Assembly: GCF_027921745.1 (NCBI RefSeq) | Contig: NC_079238.1 | Location: forward strand, 5,518,001-5,565,604 | Direction: 5' to 3' | DNA length: 47,604 bases | From: Schizosaccharomyces osmophilus | Lineage: Eukaryota | Shown: positions 10,541 through 22,299 of the stretch, piece after piece | How positions within the stretch are numbered: position 1 is the stretch's first letter | Layout: every line of letters starts with the position of its first letter | Notes under the pieces: generated by a model | What the model was told of the DNA's origin: nothing | Databases searched by the model: none | Seen by the model: the letters and a program-made list of their open reading frames with translations, nothing else | Made by a program: the position numbers and the translations under genes

Positions 10541-11541
10541 AAGGTAATGAAGAAGAAGTAGCAAATACTTTTTTAAGTAAAGAAGAAAGTTCATTTTTAT
10601 CTACTATGGGTCATATCCATTTCTGTTCTATATCTATCCAGCGATTCCAGCGATTTAAGAGGGGCTTAATGAATCGCATACTGCTTAGTGTCAACAAGTT
10701 TTAAATCCTTCTTATATATTTCTAGAAGTAAAGTTGATTAGAGTTATACATTTGCGTTTGATGTTTTAGCGCTAATTTAGACTATTATTGTTGTTCCGGT
10801 TTTTTGATTATAAGTATCTTTTTCTGATTTTCTAAATCTTTTATTACAATTCTTTCTTTATTTCTAGTTTTCTGTTTTCTTGTCAAAAAAGGAACTCGTT
10901 TTTCTTGGAAGTACACTAAGATTCGAGCATGTAATTTATTCTTACATATACTTTAATAAACCTAATAGTTAGTTTGTTTAAATTTAAAATTTTGAGGTGA
11001 TATGATTAAAGTCTATATATAATGTAACAAGTTATCGTTCGAGTTTAAAACCCTTTCAAAGTGAAAATTTGAAACCAATTTCATAAAAATATAATGTTTG
11101 AAGAAAAAGAAAGGAAAAAAAGGTCAATATAGCTTTTAATTTTCCTTTCCACAATTTTCTCATGACGATCTTCGGATGTCCATGTCGGATTTCGCAAGAA
11201 AAGTCCGGCATGGTTTGGTTTTGCCACATTGAAACTGTTTTGTCAACAATATGTCTTGGAAACAAAAAATAATTTAGTCAGTCATTAGGATACCCCTCTC
11301 CTCCCCTCTTCGTGCTACTAGAGAGAATCACAGTTTTTTCAATAAAAGTATTTTATAAATATATACACATCAGGATTATAACCATTGCACATGCGATCTG
11401 CTTGACAACGGTTCAATGAAACCATTTTTCAAATGTGCATTTACAAAGAGGTTATACTAAAAAATATCCGCTCTATATAGTCTAGCTAGAAAAATATTCC
11501 TTGTTGCTGTTAAACTGAACACATATCGGACTTCGTTATAA

Positions 11542-11592
11542 CAAGTCCGACATCGGAGCAAGTCCGACATCGGAGCAAGTCCGATGTCGGAT
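11542..11592. promoter_or_regulatory. Three tandem 17-bp units, each with a TCCGA-NN-TCGGA palindrome (CCG-N4-CGG, Zn2Cys6-type site), upstream of RTA1
   Basis: caagtccgacatcggag x2 plus caagtccgatgtcggat, about 190 bp upstream of the ATG and about 45 bp upstream of a TATAAAA. Confidence 0.6.
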
Positions 11593-11783
11593 GCCCGAAA
11601 GTGTCACTAGAAGAGAGTAAGCCACTAGTGCTGAATAGTATAAAAGGAAGAAGAAAAGAAAAAAGCCAACAAGATGCTTTCAGTCTTTTCCAAGCTACAT
11701 AATTTCTAAATATTTCTACTATCAATTCCTTACGGGAGAAACTATTGATATTATTAAAACGTTCTTAAACTTGCCGAGAAAGA

Positions 11784-12665
11784 ATGGTTGTTACAACCGA
11801 AGATATTTTAGGTTACTTACCTAACGCAACGTGGGCTAAAGCAGCTACAGGACTTCTATGCGTTGCTTGTTTGCTACAAATAGGAACACTAGTAAAATCA
11901 CCAAAATCCGTTGTCTGGGTAGCAATAATTGGAACACTTGGGGAAATCGCAGGTTGGATATGCAGGGCATTCTCTCATTATCGTCCGACAAAAACATACT
12001 TTTATATTATACAATTCCTTACTTTATTGGTTGCGCCAATCTTTTATTCAGCTGTGTTATATGTCTTACTATATCGGTGGTCACTACATTATGGTCCTCA
12101 ATTTTCTTTATTTCGACCGAACTACTATGTTGCTATTTTTGTTACTGCAGACGTTGTGGCTTTCATAGTTCAAATAGCTGGCGGAGCTATGTCAAGTGAT
12201 CAAAACAATCCACAGATAGGGCAACATGTTGCTTTGGCTGGCGTCATTTTTCAGCTTGTGTGTACCGTTCTATTTTGTTTTTTGCAAATAATATTTATGG
12301 TTAGCGTGATTCGAGTAAGACCTGTACGTTTCGTACCAGGTTCATACACATTATACTCACCGAGGACGAAGGTAAGGGACATCTCATTTTTATTTTTAAT
12401 TCTATCAACAATTGCGGTTCTAGTCCGTGTTATTTATCGAACCGCCGAGTTTACCGAATACGACAAATTTAAAAGCTCAGAACTATGGTTTGATATACTT
12501 GACTTTGGGCCAATGTTTGTTGCTGCATTGTTTTTGATTCCGGCGCTTTATCCTAGCATGTACAAACCGATAAATGCTGCCGATCCGACAAAATTTTATT
12601 CCCAAGGCACTACTGAAAGCACTCAGGAATTAACAAAGGAAGGAAACGAAACTTACTTGAAATGA
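11784..12665 (+). CDS. rta1: RTA1-like 7-TM protein (lipid-translocating exporter family)
   Basis: Motifs GEIAGWICR, LLVAPIFYSAVLY, FVTADVVAFIVQIAGG and VRVIYRTAEF; intact 293 aa. Confidence 0.85.
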   Translation: MVVTTEDILGYLPNATWAKAATGLLCVACLLQIGTLVKSPKSVVWVAIIGTLGEIAGWICRAFSHYRPTKTYFYIIQFLTLLVAPIFYSAVLYVLLYRWSLHYGPQFSLFRPNYYVAIFVTADVVAFIVQIAGGAMSSDQNNPQIGQHVALAGVIFQLVCTVLFCFLQIIFMVSVIRVRPVRFVPGSYTLYSPRTKVRDISFLFLILSTIAVLVRVIYRTAEFTEYDKFKSSELWFDILDFGPMFVAALFLIPALYPSMYKPINAADPTKFYSQGTTESTQELTKEGNETYLK

Positions 12666-13306
12666 ATTCAGTTCTTTTACGTTGTGTTTTGTTTATGGTA
12701 ATGTCTCATTTCTTGCAATTAATGCCGTTATTCCTTAAATTTGTTCTACTTTAAAGTGAACTTGAGGGAGCTTACTTCGATATTTCACTTTAACACTTTA
12801 TAAATATATCTACAAGCAAAATATAAAATGTATTTATTCAAAACTTCGTAAAAGAATACTAATACTATAAAATATCGCTAAACGTTGCAAATAAAAAATG
12901 TTTAAACAGTCATGTAGAGACCTTCAGTAGGGTTAGTCTCCATAGTATTTCATGTAGGACTTGTCAGTAACGCCGAACAACTCATAAGTTACAGGTAGGT
13001 AACGGTGAGGGCAGATGATGTTCGTTCGTGGTGTATTCACAACCATCGGAAGAGCAGTTAAAGCGATCGATTCCAACTTCGCGGCCAGGGCGATTTGCCC
13101 AAATAGTGAAAATATTGGTGACATATGTAAGATTCTAGAGCACGCACGAGTTTTCCAATGCTACTGGGACCATCAACTTCAATATGGTTACTACTCTTTT
13201 CGATATGAAAGTGGAAGTTGGCAGTCTTTTTTGTCAGTGGCTTGGGTTACATCTTTGCCATTAGCTTTTTCACTTTCTTGCTTCCGATGAGAACAACATT
13301 TTATAT

Positions 13307-13870
13307 TTAAGCAGAATTGGAAGGGGCCGCAATAGAAGAAGAAGAAGAAGAAGAAACAGGATTATTTGGAATTGCAAGGGCTGTAAAGCCAACACACTTG
13401 CTATTACCATTTTCTTTCCCAAAAAAGACAGAGTAAACAGAGGAATTTTCTTCGATAGGACAAGCTACGGGGTTTTGTCCATGAAGTTCCAGAGCATAGC
13501 CAGAAGCAATGCGTTCTCCAAAATCAAATCCAAGAATGGAACCCTCATCATTACGTTGAAAGTATAACGCACCGTTATCGCCAAGGTGAGCAGAAAATCC
13601 TTCATGGAGTAAATAAGTATCTGCTAAAGTGAATTTGGCCGCTTCATTTCCATTATCATAAGGATCGAGATAGACGTTATTGTTGTCACCAACATAAAAG
13701 GAATGGAAATGAACGTTACCGTTACCTGAGCGGAGGCTCATTACAGAAAACTCTTCATTCTGTTTGATATCAGAACGGTCGGTTAGAGGAGCTGCAAGAG
13801 AAGAAATTGGGCTACAAGCTAAAAGGGAGAATAAGGCAGAAGAAAGAGAAACGGAGGAAAACAATTTCAT
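13307..13870 (-). CDS. Secreted PhiA/But2-N-like cell-surface protein, 187 aa, probably a C-terminally truncated But2-family gene
   Basis: Signal peptide, FSVMSLRSG..HF motif, ACP...C pair and Ser-rich tail. Degenerate coding-like sequence continues past the stop. Confidence 0.7.
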   Translation of the reverse strand: MKLFSSVSLSSALFSLLACSPISSLAAPLTDRSDIKQNEEFSVMSLRSGNGNVHFHSFYVGDNNNVYLDPYDNGNEAAKFTLADTYLLHEGFSAHLGDNGALYFQRNDEGSILGFDFGERIASGYALELHGQNPVACPIEENSSVYSVFFGKENGNSKCVGFTALAIPNNPVSSSSSSSIAAPSNSA

Positions 13871-14907
13871 CTTAAAAATGCAGATAATTCTTCTTTAGAG
13901 TGAGGAAAAATAGAGATGTAGACAAAAAATGATGAATGAATGGATAAATATTGGATTACTTAAGATAGAAAATAACGATTGAAGGATCAAATGTTGACAA
14001 AAGATGCTGTATAAAAAGTGAAAAATAAAAGTAAAAGGGAATTAGTATTCTTTTTAAGGGTAGTTAAATTACACAATCAATAAGAATTTAATGCTTTCTC
14101 GATCAATAAATTGATTGCGGTTTCGATGGTGGGAAAGTGGACCTTATTTATAGCAAAGATTATACATACACACACGCACACACACACACAAGCCCAATCC
14201 TATCGGGTCCCTCTCGGTGTCATGGAATGACAGATTGAAACTCATTGCATAAATTTTCCCTCTTTTGAATGACTTTACCGTTTTCTCACATAGCTAAAAA
14301 AGGAATGTAAACAATACGTACGTGGTATTGTCAGAGTGGTTGCGACTTTAACTTTTAACTTTTGATTGAGGAATGGGTGAGCGACAAAGTGAACAGACGC
14401 CGACAAAATTCGATAAATAAGAAAAACAAACGATTTCCACGTATCATTCTTTTGAATTAACTATTCTGTCGCTTACTACAAATTTTTTTATTCCATAAAT
14501 TTCAATTTCCTTTCCTTTTCTTTTGCTCTTGTTCTTGTTTTTCATTTGAGATACATAATTATACGGTTTAGGATTTCTGTCGCAACATAATTAAAGTAGT
14601 TAAAGATGGGATTAGAGGTCCTTATTGAACATAGAGACCCAGAACCACGATAAATAAAAGTTTCTTCACTATATATTAGTGGTAGGTTAAGTAACACCGA
14701 ACTCATCCATCAATATGTTACTTATTATAGTAAATAAACCAAATGGTAATTGTAATCAAGCAAATCTTCACAACCAAGGTAAAAGACATTTGAAATAATT
14801 ACTGAAACCCCATTTTTCATTTTTTTAATGGATGGATATTATTAACTCTCATTTCGTGTATGCCTCTCGTCCTTCCTTCTGAAAGAACAAAACTAATCAA
14901 TTGAAAA

Positions 14908-17877
14908 CTATTCGATGTACAAATTGTCCAACCCATTTGCGATCGCCTCCTTCGTTAGGAATTTTTCACCCAAAGGATAGATATTCTTCAGTCCCTTGTA
15001 TGGTATCATACCACTTTCTAAAGCAAACTTGGCTGTTTGCTGAAGGGCAAACAAAGGATGATCTTCTCCTTCTTCATCGATATCCTTTTCAAGCGCTTTT
15101 AGCCATCCCTCCAGTGAAACAAATTTTAGCTTTTTCTTCTTTTTCTTCAATAACTCACAAATTCTGGCAAAATCGTTACCGTCAATTATATCGTATGCAA
15201 GTAGAGGAGCAAACTCATCAGCCTCTTTCTCCATAATCTGAGTCAACGCTATACACAATGCATTGGTGGTAGAAATACGAAAGAGCAGAGGTTGAGATTC
15301 ACTGTATTGGGGGCAAGCTCCCATTCGTAATGCTGATACGACGAAACGCCAAAAGAAATCTCTAGATAAGATCTCTCCATCGCTTGCTACGATAAATCCT
15401 GGACGAATAACATATATTGAAGGGTGTCCTAGATCCTTTACTTTTTTACACAAGAGCTCAGAAACGTATTTAGATAGTGCATAACCGGATGTTTTAGTAG
15501 ACTGAATGCAATCGTCAAGCTCTATTTCTTGTTGTCCACCTCCTGAAATAAAGTAAAGAGCCTTTGGACCCATTATACTCAGCTCCAAAATAGTTTTCGT
15601 TCCCAAGACATTCACTGGCCTAAGTTCTTGATACGATTTCATCCAGTGTACTTCAGCTCCCATGTGATAGATTCGGGAAACTTTTTCTATGAGAAAATCC
15701 CATTTTGCATTATCCAAACCAAACCTTGTTTCGTCTAAATGAGCTGCCCATATAATTAATTTTTTACCAGAAATTCGAAGACTCGGAACGAGTGACGTTA
15801 ATCGTTCTTTAGCGGCTTTATCAGAAGATTCTCGTATCAAACATACAACACTCATATCCATTTTCATAAGATACTCCAAGAAGCGGCGACCAAGGTAACC
15901 TGTCGCCCCAGTTAGCAAAACGTATTGAGCATTGGTATGCATAATAGTTAATTTGGGAATGGTACGTGCTAAAGCATATGCATCTTCATGTAGAAGCCTG
16001 TAGGTAATTGTCGATAAATTCACGCTTTTCTCTTGAACTACAAAAGCTAATGAGCTAGGCGTACAATTCGAATCCATAACAGAACCAATCGAACCTTGAA
16101 AGTGAAACTTGTTTTGTAGGGAAAGGAAAAATCTTACAGAATGAATGGAATCTAAGCCACAAGAATAAAGAGAGGCATCCTTTCCTTCTAATATTGGATT
16201 CTGAAGAAGTTTTGCAGCAATTTTGCTGATCTCAATAGCCAAAGGATTTGATAAAATAGGTAAACGTTGGTCTTGTACGTGAAGACACTTGGATGCATAA
16301 GCTTCGATAGACTTTAGGTCTACTTTTCCAGCGGAAGTACGTGGTGTATTTTTTAATTGGAAACAATTTGAGAAAAGATTCGGATTTCGAAGCTCTTTAT
16401 TCAATATCTCCTTTAGTAACGCAGGATCTACGCCATCATGGGCAGGAACATATGCCAGTACAAATCGATTTGATATAAAAAAGGAAAAAGCAGCTTCAAC
16501 ATCCTTCAACCCCAAGGCTACTTTGTCAAAGTATTGTAAATCAAAGAAAATACCATTTCTCTTGACACGTCTTCCTACCCGACCTTTGATGGTGATACCC
16601 AACTTTCCTTTATACGAGTTCCAAACGGCCAAATCAGCAAACCGTATTGCTGGTTCACCATGGAAATCTATAAATGTAGAATTTCGAGACTGAACGGTTT
16701 CAGGATCGTCACCTACATACGGCTCCGATTGCACGTCGGTCACGACACAGACAAAACCCTCATGGCCGATTTTTTCAAGGACAGGTTCATTCTTTTCTGT
16801 AAGCAATAAAAGTTTTTTAACCGTTTTTCCGGAAAAGTAGACAAGTTCTTTGTTATGCAACGTATCTTTTTCTCCATTAGGAGCAAAAAACGAAACTAAT
16901 CCTGATTCAGTGGTACCATATTGTGGGTATATGATTGCATTTGGCAAGACTCTTTTGCATATATGGTACATGTTTGCAGGAACCATTTCGCCGCCGGCAG
17001 CAACTAGTTTACAAGAAGGAAATGATTCAGACTTGTCAGGTATTATTTGAAGAGTTAGAACAAGGAGATTGGGCAAAATTATCAAACGTTCACATCCGGC
17101 ACGAAGAGCATAATAGACATTCCAAGCAAGTTGTTCAGCCTCTGAAGTAGAAGTAAAGTTGGACGATATTGAGGAAGATGGATACAGTAAGCTTCCATCA
17201 CAGTACAAGGCATTAAGCCAGCTCAATGTCGTTAAAGCAAAGCTGGGAGCCATTATCATTGGCGTGGAAAGATGATTCATGAACTCTGGAGTTCCATAAT
17301 CATAACCAAAAGCATACTTTTTCATGAGAAATGGCATTGATTTAGGAACACCAGTAGATCCACTGGAATGATTTATAAGTGCTACCTCTGGTTCCAACCC
17401 AGCACCAATGCAAGGAGCGTTAAGGTCCGTTTGGAGGCAAGCAAAGGAAATGACATTCAAAGAATTCACCTGAAATGCGGGCGCATATTCATGATAAAGC
17501 AAGTCAGAAATATCTAGACGTTGAACAAGAGCATCAACAACCTTTTGGGACCAGACATGATTAAAAATGACACAAGTTCGTCCAGTAGCCCACAAAGCAA
17601 AGATAGTACTTAAAAAATCTAACTCATGCCCCATATGAATTCCAACCGTTTTCCCCAAGCCAAGATCATTGCAGAATTTAGCGATTGTATTAACACGACA
17701 AAGTAATTCTTTAAATGTGTACTCAACGACAATTCTGTATTCATTGTACACATAGATAAAACGATGATCTGGTGTTTCATTTGCGTTTCTTAGTAAGCGA
17801 GCGACTGGTGTATCCTCTTCTCTAGGAGAAGCTAATATGGATGAAAAGGACGTTGTAATTGAAGATTTTGGTGACAT
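14908..17877 (-). CDS. NRPS-like adenylation-thiolation-reductase (A-T-R) enzyme, 989 aa
   Basis: A-domain HSSGSTGVPK and YGTTE, carrier-domain GLDSI, reductase LTGATGYLG and GYALSK. From memory it resembles the S. pombe AMP-binding dehydrogenase SPCC162.02c. Confidence 0.9.
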   Translation of the reverse strand: MSPKSSITTSFSSILASPREEDTPVARLLRNANETPDHRFIYVYNEYRIVVEYTFKELLCRVNTIAKFCNDLGLGKTVGIHMGHELDFLSTIFALWATGRTCVIFNHVWSQKVVDALVQRLDISDLLYHEYAPAFQVNSLNVISFACLQTDLNAPCIGAGLEPEVALINHSSGSTGVPKSMPFLMKKYAFGYDYGTPEFMNHLSTPMIMAPSFALTTLSWLNALYCDGSLLYPSSSISSNFTSTSEAEQLAWNVYYALRAGCERLIILPNLLVLTLQIIPDKSESFPSCKLVAAGGEMVPANMYHICKRVLPNAIIYPQYGTTESGLVSFFAPNGEKDTLHNKELVYFSGKTVKKLLLLTEKNEPVLEKIGHEGFVCVVTDVQSEPYVGDDPETVQSRNSTFIDFHGEPAIRFADLAVWNSYKGKLGITIKGRVGRRVKRNGIFFDLQYFDKVALGLKDVEAAFSFFISNRFVLAYVPAHDGVDPALLKEILNKELRNPNLFSNCFQLKNTPRTSAGKVDLKSIEAYASKCLHVQDQRLPILSNPLAIEISKIAAKLLQNPILEGKDASLYSCGLDSIHSVRFFLSLQNKFHFQGSIGSVMDSNCTPSSLAFVVQEKSVNLSTITYRLLHEDAYALARTIPKLTIMHTNAQYVLLTGATGYLGRRFLEYLMKMDMSVVCLIRESSDKAAKERLTSLVPSLRISGKKLIIWAAHLDETRFGLDNAKWDFLIEKVSRIYHMGAEVHWMKSYQELRPVNVLGTKTILELSIMGPKALYFISGGGQQEIELDDCIQSTKTSGYALSKYVSELLCKKVKDLGHPSIYVIRPGFIVASDGEILSRDFFWRFVVSALRMGACPQYSESQPLLFRISTTNALCIALTQIMEKEADEFAPLLAYDIIDGNDFARICELLKKKKKKLKFVSLEGWLKALEKDIDEEGEDHPLFALQQTAKFALESGMIPYKGLKNIYPLGEKFLTKEAIANGLDNLYIE

Positions 17878-18410
17878 CTTAGCTTAGTCTTTTGAATACC
17901 AATATGAACCAAGAATGGATCAAAGCTTGAGACGAATAACAGCAAGTTTTTCCCCCTCCCCAAAATATAATGGTAGACACTTCCTTCTCATCCTAAAAGC
18001 TGGCTTTATATGCTTAAATTACAAAAAGCTGCACTTCACTTCATACCAAAGCTAGGTAACCGGCTATAGGACTCCGACTCGATCGATTGCCTGCAATCAG
18101 GATACTACAGTATCCGGGAGACTAAGTTAGCCTTGTAGCCTTCAGAGTTATTGAAATCGAATTTTACACTGTAGATATAGTTAAGTAGGAGCCACAAGCA
18201 CTAAGTGTTGAGCCAACTATCGCTCATTTTTCGGTTTCTTACAATAAAACGACTGCACGGATAGTAGAAATGGTAGGTATTTACAGACATCCGAAATAGC
18301 AATGAAACGTTATATTATAGCAATTCGCAAAATCAGCTCCGTCGAAAAAGGATAAAGATTTACGATCACTTTTTTACATTGTGAATAAAGACACTAAATT
18401 CTGAAGAATA

Positions 18411-19289
18411 ATGAAGTCGACAATTTCCACTGTACTTGTTACTGGAGCTTCTAGAGGTTTGGGATTTGCATTGATTACGGTTGGTTTGGCTCAAGGTTAT
18501 AATGTGGTTGCGTGTTCCCGTGCGCCCGAATCCATAAATATCGAGCACTCGAACTTGTTAAAGCTCAAAGTAAACGTGACGGATATTGATTCTGTCGAAC
18601 GCGCTTTCAAGAGTGCTCAAAGAATATTTGGAAATATAAACATAGTAATCAACAATGCAGGATATGGACTTGCTGGCGAGTTTGAATCGTACACCATCGA
18701 GGAAATGCATCGACAAATGGATGTAAATTTTTGGGGAGTGACATATGTTACTAAAGAAGCGTTAAATTACATGCGTGAATCAGGAACAGGAGGACGAATT
18801 TTACAAATTTCGTCGGTCGCAGGATACTACCCATCTCCATGTTTAAGCATGTATAATGCCAGCAAATTTGCTATTGAAGGGCTCTCTCAAACAATAATGA
18901 GAGAATTGGATCAAAGTTGGAACATCGCCATAACAATTGTGCAACCGGGTGGTATGCAGACAGAGTGGGCTGCCTCTAATATGCAGTGGTCCAAAGCACA
19001 TCCTGCATATGAGAATGATCAATCTTGGAGACCATTTTGGAAAAACTACCATGGGTCCGAGGAAACAGACCCGAATAAAGCAGCGAATTTGTTATATACC
19101 ATTGCTCAGCTCGACAAGCCGCCTCAAAAGCTTGTTCTAGGTTATGATTCCTTGGAGTTGATTCGCAAGCAACATCAGGATATTAAACAAGAGCTTGAGA
19201 AGAATGTAGCTCTTAGTACAAGTGTAACAAGAGATGATTTTGACCCAGATACAGTGGAAATTTTGCGCCAAAATCTTCAATCCATGTGA
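18411..19289 (+). CDS. Short-chain dehydrogenase/reductase
   Basis: TGASRGLG, NNAG, catalytic Ser (ISS) and YNASK; divergent from the A-T-R gene. Confidence 0.93.
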   Translation: MKSTISTVLVTGASRGLGFALITVGLAQGYNVVACSRAPESINIEHSNLLKLKVNVTDIDSVERAFKSAQRIFGNINIVINNAGYGLAGEFESYTIEEMHRQMDVNFWGVTYVTKEALNYMRESGTGGRILQISSVAGYYPSPCLSMYNASKFAIEGLSQTIMRELDQSWNIAITIVQPGGMQTEWAASNMQWSKAHPAYENDQSWRPFWKNYHGSEETDPNKAANLLYTIAQLDKPPQKLVLGYDSLELIRKQHQDIKQELEKNVALSTSVTRDDFDPDTVEILRQNLQSM

Positions 19290-19999
19290 TAAAAATGTAT
19301 AAAAAATAAATAAATAAATAATAAATAAAGTATATTTAGGTGTTGAATTAAAAACAACGAGCCCATCATCAAGACGGAATGCATGTATTTAAAAGTTTGA
19401 AAAATCCGGCTTTACATGAAAAGGTCACAGCAAGGAGTATATTCAGATAAGACAATTAAGAGGAAAACTTAAATTCAAGCTGAATTATTAAAGTGCAATG
19501 AATGAATACTGATAAGCCTTTCCTATCTTAATGCGTTACCAGGATTATTCACTAATTTGGCACGAATGCGCTACTTTTTCGTCGACACTTCAGTTTGTAG
19601 CAAGTAGAGTACTGAATAGGTTTTCTTTTTGTAATATGGTATTAAATAAATAAAAAAGTTGAAGGATTTTCTTAATTATTGAAATCTATTAAACGCTTCT
19701 TTATATATAAAAATATTGTTCATATTGTTTTTGATGACTTGTCACCGTTCAATTTTGCTGTAGAAATTATAAAACTCTTAGTAAAATATAGCAGAATATG
19801 AATAAAAGAATGTTTTCTTCATTCGATTTGATCGAGTTTTCATCGAGTTATTATTCAGTTCAGTGAATTCGTGATTTTTTTTTGTTGGAGGATTTTTCCA
19901 TACAAGTCAAACTACATCATGGGCTAGGAGAAAACTTACTAAAGTTGCTTTTCTTGCTTGGAGCACTGCGAACTATAAGCAAACGATTTTTTAGAAATT

Positions 20000-20178
20000 T
20001 TTAGAAGGAAATCTTTACAAGCAGTGTGGACTTGGAAAGTTTAAAGAATTATTAGAGACAACATCAAGCGTGTTTGGTGCTGATGATGAATATGGAAAAC
20101 TATGGTACATGAAATCGGTTGAACTTTATAGTTTCTATAATGTCCAATATATTGAATGATGAAGAATTGAACTGTTAA
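20000..20178 (+). pseudogene. Fragment of a dispersed degenerate gene/repeat family ending LNDEELNC*
   Basis: Aligns by eye to 41075-41226 and 28545-28610, with the shared end TT(G/A)AATGATGAAGAA..AACTGTT. Confidence 0.5.
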
Positions 20179-20362
20179 AAGAAAACAAATAAAAATCAAC
20201 TACCTTTTTTGCCTCCTTTCTAATTGTCCTCCAAAAGGGCTACTACTTGTATTTACGATTTCAGCCCAACTATTAGGTAGAAAACAAATATAAATAGCGA
20301 GATTTGTTTAAAAAGAAAGAAATCAAACAAAAAGAGAAGGAATAGAAAAAGAAAAAGAAAAA

Positions 20363-20481
20363 AGCCTACAGCACCCCGGATTCCCATGTTGTCTCCAACC
20401 ATAGTACTAACGAGGCCCTCAGACGCTTAACTGCAGTGATCGGACGGGAACTGGTGTTTTCGCCTAGGTGTGGCCGTAGAC
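20363..20481 (-). rRNA. 5S rRNA gene
   Basis: 119 nt, GTCTACGGCCACACCTAGGCGAAAACACCAGTTCCCGTCCGATCACTGCAGTTAAGCG...GCTGTAGGCT, followed by an oligo-T Pol III terminator. Confidence 0.98.
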
Positions 20482-22299
20482 TCTCAACTTGAAAAGATGA
20501 TGCATTTTTGTTTAGCAAATGCAGTTCATCACTGGTTGTTTGAAAGATGGGTTTTCCTAGAATGCATTCTGAGTAACGTTTTCTTCAGAAAGTATTTGCT
20601 ACTATTTTTTAAAAACATTTTGTCCCTCTTACCCCTCCTCTGTCTCCTATCGATATTTATTATTATTGATGACGGAAAAGTGGTGATTCTGTTCTTGGAA
20701 ATTATTTCTCGTTTCCTCCTTTTTTTTTTGCTTTTTGTGTAAGTTTCTTTCCTATTTAATACTTTTGATTTTCTTACATATTGCGCTTTTCCTTTTTTCA
20801 CTTTCAGCAGAGTACAGCTTTTCTTTTTAATCACGTTTCGCTACTTCTTCACCGCATTCCATTCTTCCTTGCGTTTGTTTTTGAGTAATTTGCTTCGTGT
20901 TTTAACTATATTTATTTTTAAATTTTGAACTTTCAGTTTGTTTTATTTATTTTTTTCTTTTTTTTTTTTTTTTGTTTTTCTTTATATTTTGGTAGTTTCG
21001 CAGAGATATTTTTTGGTGTTCTTGCCAAAGTGTGCAGCAAATAATGACAAACTTGCATCTATTTTTCAGAGTGAATACATCACATTGATAATATCAAAAG
21101 TCTAGATAGTAATGTATTTTCACCTGAGCCTACTCACCTTTACCTTTTGGAAACGGATCATCAAGTGTGAAACTACATCCATATATCATAATTGCAAGTT
21201 ATGTTGAAGATACAATTGCATACCTTTTAAAGATTTACAAAGTTCGGCCAGAGACATCACAATTTTAAGGTAGATTATTTTCCGGTCGCTAAAAGTGATG
21301 GACAAAAGAAAAGGTATGTCGCGAATTTTAATTCTATGTGTACACCATTTCCTTTTTAGATGAAGAAGGAAGAGATACAAGACAAAAAAGAGTTAGAGTT
21401 AGAGATAGAGATAGAGGTAGATATAGTGAATATACGGAACAGAAGTCTTTTTTCATCAAAAACCTATCTAGCATCATCATTTACCTAAGAATTTGGCGAT
21501 TATCAAATGAAGATTTTGGAATAACTACAATAGCGAGACGATTCACCTCAGACATTGTGTAGGAGTTGATTCATTTCCAGGTTTTTAATATTTGAGATTT
21601 ATGTACTACTAAAAAATACAAAGGGGGGAACTTTTGTCCTTTCAGCATAAACTGACACCAATTGGAAATAACCACTTGTTTCCGATAGAACATATAGAAG
21701 GGAAGCTAGTTTGATTTAGCTAGTATTTAGCTAGTATAAAGCGGAATTAGCTGAATTTAAAACTGGACTGAGACTTCTCATTTCCTTTTCTTTTTTAGTG
21801 ATCGCATAAGCTCGACATGATTTATTTATTATTATTAAATTATAAACGTGTTCATCAGATGGAATCTCATAGATATAAGAATGCTTGTCAAGCGGAAATA
21901 ATAATTTTTTTTCTAGCAATATTTTCTGCAATTGGAATTACGTTTCTAGCAATGTTTTCTGCAATTGGAATGACTTTTACTACTTGCATAGTTAGATACG
22001 ACCAATCTTCAGAAAGTTGGGCCAGATTCAACTTGCAGTTTGAAGGTTACGACATAAGTTACATACCTTTCATAAAGATAGCTAACGCAGGTATTTGTTT
22101 GTATCCTGTATTTTCTCTTTCTGATGGTTTCCATCTGTAATTCCTAAATTATGCAAAGGGATTCATTGAAGTCTCAAAAAAAAAATAAAAGAAAAGATTG
22201 CAAGAGATTACTAAACCGGCTATTAAAGTTTAAAATTTAGAAATGAATGTAGACCTTTACTGGTAATGAGGTTGTCAAGATTGCTACCAATACTCCTCA

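Noticed and set aside
14908..17877. lys1 (alpha-aminoadipate reductase) or siderophore NRPS sib1
   Set aside because: Too short, lacks the N-terminal extension and condensation domains, and the A-domain motifs are divergent.
20470..21562. ORFs upstream of the first intact 5S as a second wtf/wag
   Set aside because: No MKNxY/PY exon or consistent splice pattern found; mostly T-rich low-complexity sequence.
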